Below the pieces are notes generated by a model. That model had not been told where the DNA came from and did no database searches. It was given only the letters and a program-made list of their open reading frames with translations. This document shows, one piece after another, positions 1-13,439 of a stretch of 64,000 nt of DNA (the stretch's first letter is position 1; every line of letters begins with the position of its first letter). Both the position numbers and the translations under genes were made by a program. Origin of the DNA: Octopus sinensis (lineage: Eukaryota); assembly GCF_006345805.1 (NCBI RefSeq), contig NC_043001.1, positions 107,136,001 to 107,200,000 on the forward strand. The letters run 5' to 3'.

Positions 1-60
1 CTTCAAGATGCTTAACTCTCCAATTTTATTATTATTATAATTATAATTATTATTATTATT

Positions 61-633
61 GAGTGAGAGAGCAGTGCATGCCATCAAAGTGACACTGGGG
101 TAAAATATACGAAGCCCAATATACCCATCATGACTACCCGTCTGATAAAGATACACCAGGCACATGCATCACAACCATATGTGCGCGACATGGTGATCTC
201 ATATCAAGATAAACAGCACATGACCTTGCAGGTGGGGCCCAGTTAGAATTTTCTTCAGGTTGAGTAGCCCATCCCGCTCAAAAGGTCTCTGAATAAGGGT
301 TGTTTAAGGATGTTGAAAGAACCACCCATGTTTCCAGAGGTGAATTATTCAAACCCCAAAGAATCCCCCCCCAACACATGGCCATGATGCTCCCCCACTA
401 CTTCTGCTCATGATCAGAGATGCACATATCGTCAGCCACTAAGGGACATGCTCAACTGGTTAAGTTAAAATAACTGACAAGCAAATCTGTGGTATTGAGC
501 AGAATATTTGCTGTAGCCCATCTTTTATACCAAGACAAAACAATGTACATGATAACACTTCCAATCAGTCAAGATCAGAAGCCATGAGAGCCACTGCCTG
601 GTACTGCATCAGGGCATGATACTGCATCAGGGC

Positions 634-636
<3 letters not shown>
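61..636 (-). mobile_element. Non-coding (AAT)n-flanked retroelement fragment (possible LINE 3' region or SINE)
   Basis: Unique ~570 bp block bounded by (AAT)n on both sides; its 3' part recurs at ~742-895; no ORF recognised. Confidence 0.5.
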
Positions 637-721
<85 letters not shown>

Positions 722-741
722 GTATTAGTATTATTAGTATT

Positions 742-895
742 CAGTGAGAGAGCAGTGCATGCCATCAAAGTGACACTGGGGTAAAATATACGAAATCCAG
801 TATACCCATCACTGCCCGTCTGATAAGGGTAAACCAGGCACATGCAACACAACCATATGTGTGCGACATGGTGATCTCATATCAAGATATCATTA
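742..895 (-). repeat. Second, truncated copy of the 61-636 element 3' end
   Basis: gagagagcagtgcatgccatcaaagtgacactggggtaaaatatacg...catggtgatctcatatcaagat shared with 61-210. Confidence 0.8.
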
Positions 896-909
896 TTATA
901 ATATCAAGA

Positions 910-949
<40 letters not shown>

Positions 950-951
<2 letters not shown>

Positions 952-1270
952 TTTATGTTTAACTTTTGCTTTGTGTTTGTACAAGTTGACTCCAAGCCTC
1001 ACCCAGAGACCTCAAGCAACAACAAGTTCGAAGTTCAAGTTGGTGTTATGACAGGGTGTCATATACTTGGTTTTACAAATATTATTGTTCTAGAGAATGT
1101 TTAAGAAAACAAAGGAAAATGATGGGTTTGCTTTAAAATTTGAGATTGCATAGACAGTATTATACGTAGGATATGAGTAGTTCCCATGAGCACTATCTTT
1201 TGAATTTCTGCCATTTTGGGGTTTCCTGGTATCTGGGTTAGGTAACAATCAGCCCCTTTTGCCATATTCC

Positions 1271-1272
<2 letters not shown>
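950..1272 (-). mobile_element. 5'-truncated 3' end of R4/Dong-type LINE
   Basis: Encodes MAKGADCYLTQIPGNPKMAEIQKIVLMGTTHILR, nearly identical to the C-terminus at 29547-29720; flanked by (AAT)n. Confidence 0.9.
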
Positions 1273-1343
<71 letters not shown>

Positions 1344-2068
1344 TAATAATATTATTAGCATTGGTACTATTAATAATGTTAATATTAATACGACATAAGT
1401 ACATTATTCACTGCTGAGTGTTGTTCAAAATTTAATTAGCATATCACAGAGGCAATTAATATCAATTTTATTAACTTTATAGCAGTGAGACGGTTTATGA
1501 TTGTAATTGTGTTCATTATATTTAGAGTATTCGCTATTTTCTCTTCATAACCGGCCCTAGTTAGAGCTTCATTATCATAGGTGGCGTTATGGGAAAATAT
1601 GTTAGCAAAGAGCAATCATAAACGGATTTCTTCATAGCAAAGCTGAGAGTCCTGTTTAGGAAAGGTGGAAGTGTTGTAATTTATGAATATCAAGCTGTAG
1701 GAACTTAACGTTTATCTTATCATTAATATTAAGGAACCATCTAATAATAAGAAAATTTATCATTGGTGTAACTATGATGTTCTGGTGGCCCGATGACCCA
1801 ACTTTCTATATCTGCACTGATTTGTAAATGTAGAATTGCATTGTATAATGCGTAGGAGGCATATTAGTGGAGACATGTAAACATAATCTATTATATACTG
1901 AAATTATTATTACATGCACAAGGGTGCGAAACGTTCGTAAGCCTTAAGGATGAGAAGAGTATAATAAATATTTTTACCTCTCGTACCTCGAGATTTTGTG
2001 GTCTCTGCTTCTCTGTCTCTTCGTCTCTTCCTGTCTGTCTCTCTCTGCTGCGCCTCCGTCTTCCTGCT

Positions 2069-2099
<31 letters not shown>

Positions 2100-2136
2100 A
2101 TATATATATATATATATAATATACATATATATATAT

Positions 2137-2405
2137 GTGGAGGCGCAATGGCCCAGTAGTTAGGGCAGCGGACTCGCGGTCGTTGTGCGTGTTTATTGAG
2201 CGAAAACACATAAAGCTCCACGAGGCTCCGGCAGGGGGTGGTGGCGATCCCTGCTGTACTCTTTCGGCACAACTTTCTCTCACTCTTTCTTCTCTTGGCC
2301 TGCTCGCTTAGCCAGCGGGGTGGCGTCATTTGAAGGCTAAAACAATGCGAAGCGCATTGTGACCAGCGATGTGTAACAACATCTGATAGCCTGGTCGGTC
2401 ACGTG
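2137..2405 (+). mobile_element. tRNA(Arg-like)-derived SINE, B-box region deleted
   Basis: gtggaggcgcaatggcccagtagttagggcagcggactcgcggtcg head; same body and tail as 10630-10936. Confidence 0.85.
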
Positions 2406-2418
2406 GTGGTGGTGGTGG

Positions 2419-2451
<33 letters not shown>

Positions 2452-2719
2452 AATATATGTATATATGTATATCTATCTATCTATCTGTCTGTCTGTTTGT
2501 CTCTCTGTATATATATATACATAACATGCATTGTACAGGCACATATTTAAAGAGCTTGTTTGTGACAGGGGATATTTTGAATTACAAAAGTGTGGTGATG
2601 TAAATTACTCAAAATAATAGAAATAAAGATTATTACAACGTTATAAATGCTTTGAAAACGATAATTTAAAATAAACAAAGATGATTATAGTTTACTTTTT
2701 TGAAATTGAAAACGATAAT

Positions 2720-3076
2720 CTTTTCTACTCTAGGCACAAGGTTCGAAATTTTTGGGGAGGGGGGCCAGTCGATTGGATCGGCCTCAGTATACAACTGGTG
2801 CTTAATTTATCGACCCCGAAAGGAGGAAAGGCAAAGTCGACTTCTGCAGAATTTGAACTCGGAACGTAAAGAAAGACGAAATACCTATTTCTTTTCTACC
2901 CACAAGGGGCTAAGCATTATATCGACCCCAGTGCCTAACTGGTACTTATTTAATCGACCCCGAAAGGATGAAAGCAAAGTCGACCTTGGCGGAATTTGAA
3001 CTCAGAACGTAACAGCAAACGAAATACCACTAAGCATTTCGTCCGGAGTGCTAACGATTCTGCCAGCTCGCCGCTT
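2720..3076 (-). mobile_element. Dimeric tRNA-derived SINE (MetaSINE-like central domain) with 19-bp TSD
   Basis: Two tandem bodies (gcctttcatcctttcggggtcgat motif on -); TSD tgaaattgaaaacgataat 2701-2719 / tgaagttgaaaacgataat 3077-3095. Confidence 0.8.
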
Positions 3077-3358
3077 TGAAGTTGAAAACGATAATAAATA
3101 TTTTTTCCTGTCTGCGAAGTACCATAAAACGTACTGAATGATCGATGTAAGAACATATCTAACAATCAACTCACTGACACAGTGAAAGAAGACTGAAAAT
3201 AAAGGCTACATAAGCCTTTATAGGCATTGAGTTCATTTGACTTGCTATAAAATTACAGATTAAACAAGTCAAACATCGTAAGCACGGTTTTAAAAGCAAA
3301 TCACGTTCAAAACGTTCTATTGTTTCTACACTAAACAAAGAACTACAGTTATTAATAA

Positions 3359-3767
3359 CTAGCAGCTAAGCCTGGTTTCACCCGGTCTGTTTGGATGATG
3401 TGGCTGTGATCGTTTTCGGTTAGGCATAATCTATAACAGCGTTTGTCAACCTTATCATTTCAGGTCCCCTGTTTCGATTGAGCCTCCAGTTGCATGAAAA
3501 TTTCCTGACCCCACCCCGTTAGAAAACAGCTTCTAAGCAACTAGTTGTTTTAATGGCGGAAGAAAGAGGGGAATTCCATTTGAAAAAGTTTAAATCGATT
3601 TTCTCGGTAAGTATGGGAGCTAAGTAACAAATACAAATTGCATTTCAATCTATGCACCCGTCTCCACATGTGTGCCATTTTCCACGCGAATCCACCCAGC
3701 CGTTTGGCTGTGAACCTCAAGACAAGAAAGAATACAACGATCGCCCATGTCCAATTTATATTATAGA
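3359..3767 (-). mobile_element. Non-autonomous Helitron
   Basis: On - strand starts TC(TATAAT), ends in an imperfect ccggg...cc(a)gg hairpin then CTAG, between A and T. Confidence 0.6.
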
Positions 3768-4203
3768 TTACTTGACAGTTCGCAATAAATTTCTAGAATG
3801 CATGCGTGCGTGAGTTGTTCTATCTGTATATTTTCAGTGCTCATGAGTATTTGCGTTTTCTGTATGCGTTTCACTGTGCCTGTTGCGTTTGAACATTCGC
3901 TTATTAGTATAGGTCGGTGCTATTCTATCACTTGGTATTTCAATATTTCGGGGGTTGGGATCTATTTTCAACCTGTATTGCTTTGCCTCAAACCTTTTAA
4001 ATACTTAAAACATTTTTATATATCAGACAATGCTTCACATGTATGTATGCATGTATGTATGTATGTATGTATGTATGTATGTATGTATGTATGTATGTAT
4101 GTATGTATGTATATCGTTGAAATTTATAGAAAAACAAAAGACGAAGACAGGTGTATGAACAACAAGCAAGTGTATTAGTTTGATGCTCGGGAAGAATGAA
4201 AGA

Positions 4204-4239
4204 CTTTTACATTTCGAGCCTACGCACTTCGACAGAAAG
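4204..4239 (-). ncRNA. Degenerate minimal type I hammerhead motif
   Basis: CTTT CTGTCGA A GTGC GTAG GCTC GAAAT GTA AAAG (A6>U, stem II mismatch). Confidence 0.5.
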
Positions 4240-4477
4240 GAACAAGAGAAAAATGAGCAGAGAGAGAATTAAAAAAACTTGTAGATTTCAGCAATCTAGC
4301 TTACTCCGATATACAAATTTTAACACATGTGGATCGTTGGCAATTTTTTTTCCTCCCTCTTCCTTTCCTCTTAGACTTACCTCTGTCTCCTGTTTCCGAA
4401 GAAGAGCTTTGCTCAAAATATAAAACTACCTTTGTTTCCTTCCCTGAGCGTCTGCTAATACTTTACACACACACACA

Positions 4478-4577
<100 letters not shown>

Positions 4578-4848
4578 CTTATCAGAGTAAGCACTTAAAT
4601 GGTGGGGGAAATAGTACTCGAATACCAGAGGAAAGAGTAATATGCTTTATTATTAAATCTGCAAAAAATATCACAAAAAATTGTTAGCATTATAAGCAAT
4701 GAAACCAGTGGTACCTGGCCTAGATATAGAAGCAAAGACTGCAATAAAAAAAAGGAAACATGCATAGAAGACGTATCGCCCCAATACCTATAGTTATATA
4801 TACACAGACAGTGTTGTTAGTAGGTCATTATGTAGGCGCGTGCGCGTG

Positions 4849-4937
<89 letters not shown>

Positions 4938-4989
4938 TTGTGTGTATAAATATTTAAATATATATATCTATATATATATATATACATAA

Positions 4990-5070
4990 TATGTGACAAT
5001 TATTCGGTAGCCAAAATAAAACTCTGAGTTTCGCATGCCGAGGTGGAAATCCACACAGTTATCCGGCCGA
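4990..5070 (-). mobile_element. Diverged pseudo-LTR remnant related to the 13-17 kb PLE
   Basis: Shares aaaactctgagtttc...gccgaggtggaaatccac with 13185-13225; HHR core partly deleted. Confidence 0.65.
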
Positions 5071-5660
5071 ACACCAGTCACGTGGGGAGAGTAGAAAGAG
5101 AGGTAGAGGCAGAGGGACAGAAGAATTAAGGACGGGCGAGAAAAAATGACTGGGACACTGAGAAGTGAAAAGAGGATGGAAAGTGAACTTGAAGAGAAGG
5201 TAAACTTTTAGTAAACTTTTGTTTTATATCTTTCTACTTCGTTGTATTGAGTTATTTTCTCTCAGGAATTGTGGTGAACTGTTGTATATGTAACCTATCT
5301 ATCTTTTATCTGTCTTTTACCTGTATTTTATCTGTCCGCCTGTTTGTCTGTCTAACTACTCATCTATGTATGTGTGCATGAGTGAATGAACCGATTGGTA
5401 TACACGAATGTATACGTAAATGTGTATATGCGTGTGGACAGGAACTTTGAACCGATTCAAAATGTTTACCTAATAGCTTTCGGCGGTTAACTGCCTTGGT
5501 CCGATTTTACGCATGAATATTTTAGAAATAATTGTCAGTTTAGATTTCAAAGTTCCAGTAAATTAATCTTATAAGTAAAACAGGTTTCTTATAGGATTGT
5601 GGTATGACTAATACAAACCGTATACAAACAGATACACCCACAATATGATTTACATATAAA

Positions 5661-5903
5661 TATCGTGTACATTAGAACACATTCAGAGGCTTCCAAATAG
5701 GAAAGCCTTGTGCTAGAAAGAGCAGTAGAAAACTCAAACCACTAATTATGGATACATTCTCGAAAGGATTGAAAGGATTTGGAAGCCTCTTAATGTGTTC
5801 TAATGTACACGATATATATATATATATCGAGAATGTATCCATAATTAGTGGTTTGAGTTTTCTACTGCTCTTTCTAGAACAAGGCTTTCCTATTTGGAAG
5901 CCT

Positions 5904-5905
<2 letters not shown>
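5661..5905. repeat. Overlapping inverted repeats (foldback)
   Basis: 5685-5763 inverted at 5827-5905; 5661-5698 inverted at 5777-5813. Confidence 0.9.
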
Positions 5906-5942
<37 letters not shown>

Positions 5943-6023
5943 TTTTGACTATTTCTTTTTTGTGCTAGGCCACTGGTAACAATAATTTCTATAATTCTTA
6001 TTACCCTAATATTATTTATTGTT

Positions 6024-6091
<68 letters not shown>

Positions 6092-6879
6092 GTGTGTGTG
6101 TGTGTGTGAGAGGGTTGGTGTGTGAAAGCACGTGGTTGGATGTATAAAAAATAAAACAAAGAGTGAAAAAAAAACCCAGAAGGCTTGTGTTATAAGGTTA
6201 AAGAATATATTTAAGTCGTTATGTTAGAAAAATGTTATAAAATTTTGTGTTTAGTAACATAGTTTTCGGAGAAATAACCGGTTTCATATTTTCTTTTCAA
6301 ATTTCTCAAATTTCTTAATTACTTTACCTGCATCGTGTCATGTCTTCGCTATGTTGTGAAATATGGGGTTCCAGGCAGGGGAAGATAATCAGGGATTTCT
6401 TCCGGTATAAGGGAGATAATCAAACATGTTGGGTATGACTAAATAAACATTAGTTTAGAAGGAATAGAATGTGGTTAAGTTTTGCGTTATATTTTTTTCA
6501 ATGAGATCAGTTTCCTTGTTTAAAAATTGTTTCAATGAAGAATGTTTCCTTGTTTATTCTTCCTTGTGTTGGTGTTCCAATAGCACATTGTGTTAAGTAC
6601 TGGGTGTCACAAAATATTACAATACATATATACATTGTTTGGTAATAATAAGAAAATGTTAAAAACAGTTTACGAGGAAAAATCTTGAGAAAAATCTTGC
6701 TAAAATGTCTTATTGGCGAGTTTCGTTTTTTTCACTTTCCTGAGGAGAAGATTGCATTGTTTATACCATTTATTCTTTTGAATAGTATCAGTGGAATTTT
6801 CGAAACATGTGTCGAAAGTAAAAATATTTGATTACACCTGCGTTAAACTCCATTTACTTATTCATATATATATATATAT

Positions 6880-7011
6880 ATTTATTATATAGAAGGAGCT
6901 TCTACAGGACTAGAACTGTTTCATTCAAGAGAAATCATCAGGAAGCTTCCTGATGATTTCTCTTGAATGAAACAGTTCTAGTCCTGTAGAAGCTCCTTCT
7001 ATATAATAAAT
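6880..7011. repeat. Perfect 132-bp palindrome (66-bp arms, no spacer)
   Basis: Centred on ggaag|cttcc at 6945/6946. Confidence 0.95.
6944..6994 (+). ncRNA. Type I hammerhead ribozyme motif (mirror copy on - strand at 6897-6947)
   Basis: AGCTTC CTGATGA TTTC TCTT GAAT GAA ACAG TTCTAGTC CTGT A GAAGCT: 6-bp stem I, canonical core, 4-bp stem III, GUA site. Confidence 0.8.
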
Positions 7012-7077
7012 TAATTTTACTCTGCTATGTATTGAGTACCTTATTTACTGTGGTTAACCCCGAATCAACCCGGGACC

Positions 7078-7120
<43 letters not shown>

Positions 7121-8004
7121 GCAGAAAGAGATATATTTAGGAGTTTACAAAGAATTTGAGATGAACTGAACTGCTTTAGCATTTTTCGTATTCTGTGAAG
7201 CTAAAAGGCTGTTTACTATTTTAAGGGATAGTGTGGGAGATTGGTTTGGGTGGGGGAAAGAAGAGCAATGTGGAATTGAAAGGATTTCTTGTTTCTCTTT
7301 CATGGTTGGTCTTTCATGGCTAGTCTTTCATGGTTCAGTGGTTTTGGGGACTGGTCTCAGAGGTCAGAATGGTGTGAGTGTGTGTATCTCTCTGTGTCTG
7401 TGTGTATATACATGTGTTTGTGTGTGTAGGCCGTTTTTGATTGGTCCCAGGGTTTATTATGGTGTATGTAAATGCTTGTGTGTGTTTAATATTTAGTAGG
7501 ATGGTGTGTGTATATGTGTGGACGTTTGTGTGTATGTCTATGTGTGTGATTAATATTTGTTAGGGTGTTGTGTGCGCGCAAGTGTATGTGTTTGTTCGCG
7601 TGTGTGTGTATATATGCGTCTGTGGGTGCACGTGTATGCTTGTGTGTTTTGGATGTTATGTGTGTGTACGTGAGTGTGTGTGTACATCAGTATGTGTGTC
7701 TCTGTCTGAGTATATTTGTGTTGTTATGATTGTATTGGTATTGTGTGTATGTGTGTATGTGTATGATTGGTATTTGTCATGGTGTTATGTGTGCGCATGT
7801 GTGTGTATATGTGTTTGTTCGCGTGTGTGTATGTGTGTGCTTGTGTGTGCGTGCGTGTATGTTTGTGTGTTTTTTGTGTTGGTGGGAATGTTATATGTGT
7901 GTACATGAGTGTGTGTGTGTGTGTGCACGTATTGGGACTAAACCCGGAACCATGTGGTCGGTAAGCAAGCTACTTACCACATAGCCATATATACATATAT
8001 ATTA

Positions 8005-8225
8005 ATAGTTATCGCCAAGCTAATATGGCAGTCCAGAAATATAGGACGAGTGCTGCCGTTGATTAATTCCAAGAGGCCATCGCCTCTAGCTATGTGACAC
8101 ACGAACCTGTGCCCATTATAACCTTCGAACAGAGGAAGTCAGCCGCTTCCCCTTGCTGGTCAGGCACCTGCAGACATGTTTCAGGGCATTTGCATTTTAT
8201 CAATGCAGAATAGCCAGACCCAATA
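8005..8225 (-). mobile_element. Non-autonomous HHR-bearing repeat (same family as 56163-56520)
   Basis: Reverse complement aligns to 56290-56520; HHR motif at 8168-8208. Confidence 0.75.
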
Positions 8226-8623
8226 TATTTAATTAAGTTTAACTAAGTTTATTTATATCTAATTAAGATTAATTTACAAAAATGTATGTATTCGCTTGGC
8301 GGAAATCTATCTATTAATTTTCCGTTTCATGGTAGCATAACTTCTCTCGTTCATAGAAAAAAAAAAATCCCCACACACAAGCACTAAATTTGTGTATTTT
8401 CCACTCACAAATATACTGCAGCAGAAGCAGATGTCTCATAATTTCTGGGGTTATGAATAATTTTTACCGATAATGGTAATATGTATCAATAATTCAAATT
8501 TATTTCATTACCCATACATGGGTAATACGCAACTGTATTAGTGGATTCAAGCGACCTTTGATTAGCATCTGTCACTCGATAATTTTAACACAATTCGTCA
8601 AACTTAAAAAAGTTATATATATA

Positions 8624-9040
8624 GGCGCAGGAGTGGCTGTGTGGTAAGTAGCTTGCTAACCAACCACATGGTTCCGGGTTCAGTCCCACTGCGTGGCATC
8701 TTGGGCAAGTGTCTTCTGCTATAGCCTCGGGCCGACCAATGCCTTGTGAGTGGATTTGGTAGACGGAAACTGAAAGAAGCCTGTCGTATATATGTACATA
8801 TATGTATATGTATGTGTGTGTGTGTTTGTGTGTCTGTGTTTGTCCCCCTAGCATTGCTTGACAACCGATGCTGGTGTGTTTACGTCCCCGTCACTTAGCG
8901 ATTTGGCAAAAGAGACCGATAGAATAAGTACTGGGCTTACAAAGAATAAGTCCCGGGGTCGATTTGCTCGAATAAAGGCGGTGCTCCAGCATGGCCGCAG
9001 TCAAATGACTGAAACAAGTAGAATAAAAGAATAAAAGAAT
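8624..9040 (+). mobile_element. Full-length tRNA-derived SINE with internal (TA/TG)n and taaaaga-type tail
   Basis: A-box gtggctgtgtggtaag, B-box ggttcagtcc; many related copies in the window. Confidence 0.85.
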
Positions 9041-9839
9041 ATATATGAATAGGACATTTCTAAATCTCTCTCAGAGAGAGGGAGAGAGTTATGCAGTAAC
9101 ACCACGATTTTTAAATCTCACTTTATCGTGCTGTTATATACATATATATACATATATATATATTAAAAAAAGTTTAAACTTTTTAATACTTTTTGATAGT
9201 TATATATATTTAAATATATATATATATATATATAGCCCGAATACACTCTTCAACACAGAAGCCGACAGTAAAAAAATGTGGAAGACCCAATTGCGGGATA
9301 TGCGATTATCTAATTGAGGGATCAGAGTTCTCCTTCAAACAGGCACAACGGTTTACAGTGAAAAGCAACTTCACATGCGCTTCGAGAACCTGATATACAC
9401 ACTAACCTGCTCCTGGGTGTCAAGAGCAGTACATAGGCCAAACAAAAAAAATATTTTGCGTAAAAGAATGGCCTGCACAGATCCCAGATAAAAATTCCCC
9501 CAAAACAGAAAAATAGCTTTCAGCCAACCCATAGATACTTGCGTCAACAACAAAACACCAGGCTTCAGGATTTCCCCCTCTACCAATTTAGGGACGAAAA
9601 CTCGAGACAACGAATAAGAAAGTAAAGAAACTCTCTTTATTACAAAATACAGACCATTCTTAACGGGTTCTACGACAAACGATTAATGCACCTCAGCTTT
9701 AGAACAACAGAAATACACACGCAAATATTACATTCCAAGAAGCCATTACAAATCAGCCCCAATCACACTATAATCCATATCGTGCCAACTTCAAAGTCAT
9801 ACAACACCTCACTACTTCACTCATTCATATTCTCCCTTC

Positions 9840-9913
9840 TCTTTTTTCTTCATCTCTTCTTCTCTCTTTTTCTTCTTCTTCTTCGTCTTTCTTCTTCTTC
9901 TTCTTCTCTTCTT

Positions 9914-9944
<31 letters not shown>

Positions 9945-10343
9945 TTCATCATTCATCATTATCATCATCATTATAATCAATCATCGTCGTCATCATCATC
10001 ACCATCATCATCATCTTCTTCTCCTTCTCCTTCCCCTTCTTCTTCTTCATCATCATCATCATCATCATCAACATCGTCATCTTCTTCTTCTTCTTCTTCT
10101 TCTTCTTCTTCTTCTTCTTCTTCTTCCTCTTCCTCTTCTTCGCCAAATTCCATAAACAAAACCTTTCAATAGAAATATTCTCCTGAATTGAACTGCAACT
10201 GCTCGCCGTCACTGACCATTCAAAATAATATATATATATATATATATACATATGATATATACATATATTATATATATATTATACATATATATATATATAT
10301 TATATATATATACATATATATACATATATATATATATATATAT

Positions 10344-10386
<43 letters not shown>

Positions 10387-10443
10387 TATATGTATACATA
10401 TATATATATATACATATATATATATACATATATATATACATAT

Positions 10444-10475
<32 letters not shown>

Positions 10476-10500
10476 CATAATATATCTATATAACATATAA

Positions 10501-10533
<33 letters not shown>

Positions 10534-10578
10534 GATATATACATATATATATATATATTTATATATATATATATTATA

Positions 10579-10620
<42 letters not shown>
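9840..10620. repeat. Compound microsatellites (CTT)n, (CAT)n, (TA)n
   Basis: Direct reading. Confidence 0.95.
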
Positions 10621-10622
<2 letters not shown>

Positions 10623-10629
10623 ATATATA

Positions 10630-10936
10630 TGGAGGCGCAATGGCCCAGTGGTTGAAGCAGCGGACTCGCGGTCGTAGGATCGCGGTTCCGATTCCCAGAC
10701 CGGGCATTGTGAGTGTTTATTGAGCGAAACACCTAAAAGCTCCACGAAGCTCCGGCAGGGGGTGGTGATCCCTGCGCGGTACTCTTTCACCACTCTTTCT
10801 CTCACTCTTTCTTCTGTTGGCTGCTCGCTTTAGCCAGCGGGGGGTGGCGTCATTCGAAGGCCAAAACATGCGAACGCATTGGGACCAGCGATGTGTAACT
10901 ACATCTGATGGCCTGGTCGGTCACGTGATCACGTGA
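10630..10936 (+). mobile_element. tRNA(Arg-like)-derived SINE
   Basis: A-box tggcccagtgg, B-box ggttccgattcc, tail ending ggtcacgtgatcacgtg. Confidence 0.9.
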
Positions 10937-11006
10937 TATATATATATATATATATATAGATATATACTTTTTCATACATTCATATATATTACTTTTTCAT
11001 ACAGGA

Positions 11007-11085
<79 letters not shown>

Positions 11086-11922
11086 CGCGTGCTTGCATGT
11101 TTCTACTTATGCCGGTTTAACACTTTGGCAGTTCACTTAATTTACTTGTCAGATGTAGATTAATATATTAAACTTAAATGACTATAAATTTTCCTTGCCC
11201 TGCGTGTGTAGGACAATAAAACTTTATGACTTCACTTAGCAGTTTTACAATGAACTGAAAGACATTGCATTTGAAATCTATATATATAAAACTCAACTTG
11301 TATATCTGTGTGTGTATCTCTGTGTGTGCCTGTGTGTTTAACTTCCCGGCACATCTCCTAGCCAACAAATCGTAGAACCACCAAAAATGGGTCACTTAAC
11401 GCTTAGGCGAATGAAGATTGAACTGCACTATTTCTGTTCCGAAATTCATCTCGCAAGTGCAAAAATCGATAATGTATTTGTTTAGGCCTTATCCCATGCA
11501 TTGAATAGTGAACTTTACTCAGTCAGCTATTTAACCAAATTTTAGCAGGCTGGATTTTGATCATCACGATACATCGCCAGGGATTCCCTAAAACTCTCCC
11601 CTGAAATATATATATACTCTTTTACTTGTTTCATTCATTTTGACTGAGTGCTAGTATATATATATATATATATATTGTGTCTGTTTCCCCCCTCCCCACC
11701 ATCGCTTGGCAACCGATGTTGGTGTGTTTATGTCCCCGTAACTTAGTGGTTCGGCAAAACATGCCGATAGAATGAGTACTAGGCTTAAAAAGAATAAGTC
11801 CTGGGGTCGATTGTGTCGTCCACAAAATCCTTAAGACGGTAGACCAGCATCGCCGAAATCATTATTTATCCATACATACTCATACATACATACATACATA
11901 CATACATAATGCATACATACAT

Positions 11923-11954
<32 letters not shown>

Positions 11955-12073
11955 TATATATATATATATTATATATTATATAGTTAATCCAAACATGAAC
12001 AATGAGAAAACACAACAACGCGAGGACGTGGGACAAGTACAGTGTTATTGGAAAAAGGAAAGAAAGAAGGAGG

Positions 12074-12108
12074 ATTTAAAGTTTCGAGCGGAGCTCTTCG
12101 TTAGAAAC
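12074..12108 (-). ncRNA. Degenerate minimal hammerhead motif (duplicated at 17823-17857)
   Basis: GTTT CTAACGA A GAGC TCC GCTC GAAAC TTT AAAT. Confidence 0.45.
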
Positions 12109-12370
12109 ATAGAAAAAGGAAAGATCCAAGGAAGGGAAGACGGACGAAAAAAATCTCCATCGATACACACGCGGTCACATTTTGAATGACCGGTGAAAGC
12201 TATATATTCTCGGTATAGGAAATACTTTAGTAGAGCTCAAATGAATTCTTCAGCCAGAACCAGGTCCTCTGCGTCAAGAGTGGCCATAAGATCAAATGAA
12301 GGTGACTCGATATTGAGATAGTGATGCTGGTAAACACAATTAGGCTTCACACACACACACACACACACAC

Positions 12371-12402
<32 letters not shown>

Positions 12403-13047
12403 GCGCTCGCGCACGACCCCACCACACATCTTTTATTTGCTCAGGCCAAATTTGCTCAGTCGTTAAAGGGAAACATGAATTTATAATTTCACTTCGATAA
12501 ATACAACATATAACGATTGTGAACAGGTGTGACCAGCTGTGCAGTGTCTGTAATAAATATATTTTGTTTATGGATGAAATGACAGCTAAACGTATAGGTT
12601 GACCTCATAAGTTCAAGGTGCATACAGACATACAAACAAGCACTTCACACATGCACACAAACACACATACACACACACACACACACACAGAAACACACAC
12701 ACGCATACTCAGAGTATCTTTTGTACGACTGCTACTGTTGAGTTTTGTTCTAACCTAGATTGTCCCCATCTAATCTGCTTCCAGTGTAGTATGTGGTTTT
12801 ACTAGCGCTATATCCCGTAGCTTTACTGCGTTTGATATACAGAGCAATGGTAGAAGAAAATATGATCGGTATAATTTTATATAATTTGTTTTCCAAGAGA
12901 CCGATAGAATGAGTACTAGGCTTAAAAAGAATAAGTCCTGGGGTCGATTTTGTTCGTCCACAAAATCTTTCAAGACGGTAGACCAGCATCGCCAAACTCC
13001 ATTTATATACATACATACATAGATACATACATACATGCATACATACA

Positions 13048-13108
<61 letters not shown>

Positions 13109-13120
13109 ATATATATATAT

Positions 13121-13158
<38 letters not shown>

Positions 13159-13439
13159 CAATATGTTACATTACTCGGTAGTCAAGATAAAACTCTGAGT
13201 TTCAGATGCCGAAGTGGAAATCCACAACACCATCTCTTCGGTTATCTGGCTATTTGAAAACGTTATGAAAAAATACCGTTAAAAATGAAGGGAAATTACT
13301 CTGTTATAACTCTGCTTTGCCTGCGTACTTATACATCGCTCGCATTTTTCGTCATAAAAATTATATAAAAATACATAAAAATATATAAAAATATATAAAA
13401 AAATATATAAAATCTTCTTGGGACATAACACAGAAAGCA

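Noticed and set aside
9949-10500. PolyK/polyE/IY-repeat ORFs
   Set aside because: Microsatellite translation artefacts
12255-12305. Possible short host exon (ag...AAG|gtgac, duplicated at ~18000)
   Set aside because: No recognisable peptide or partner exons; splice-like signals alone are insufficient
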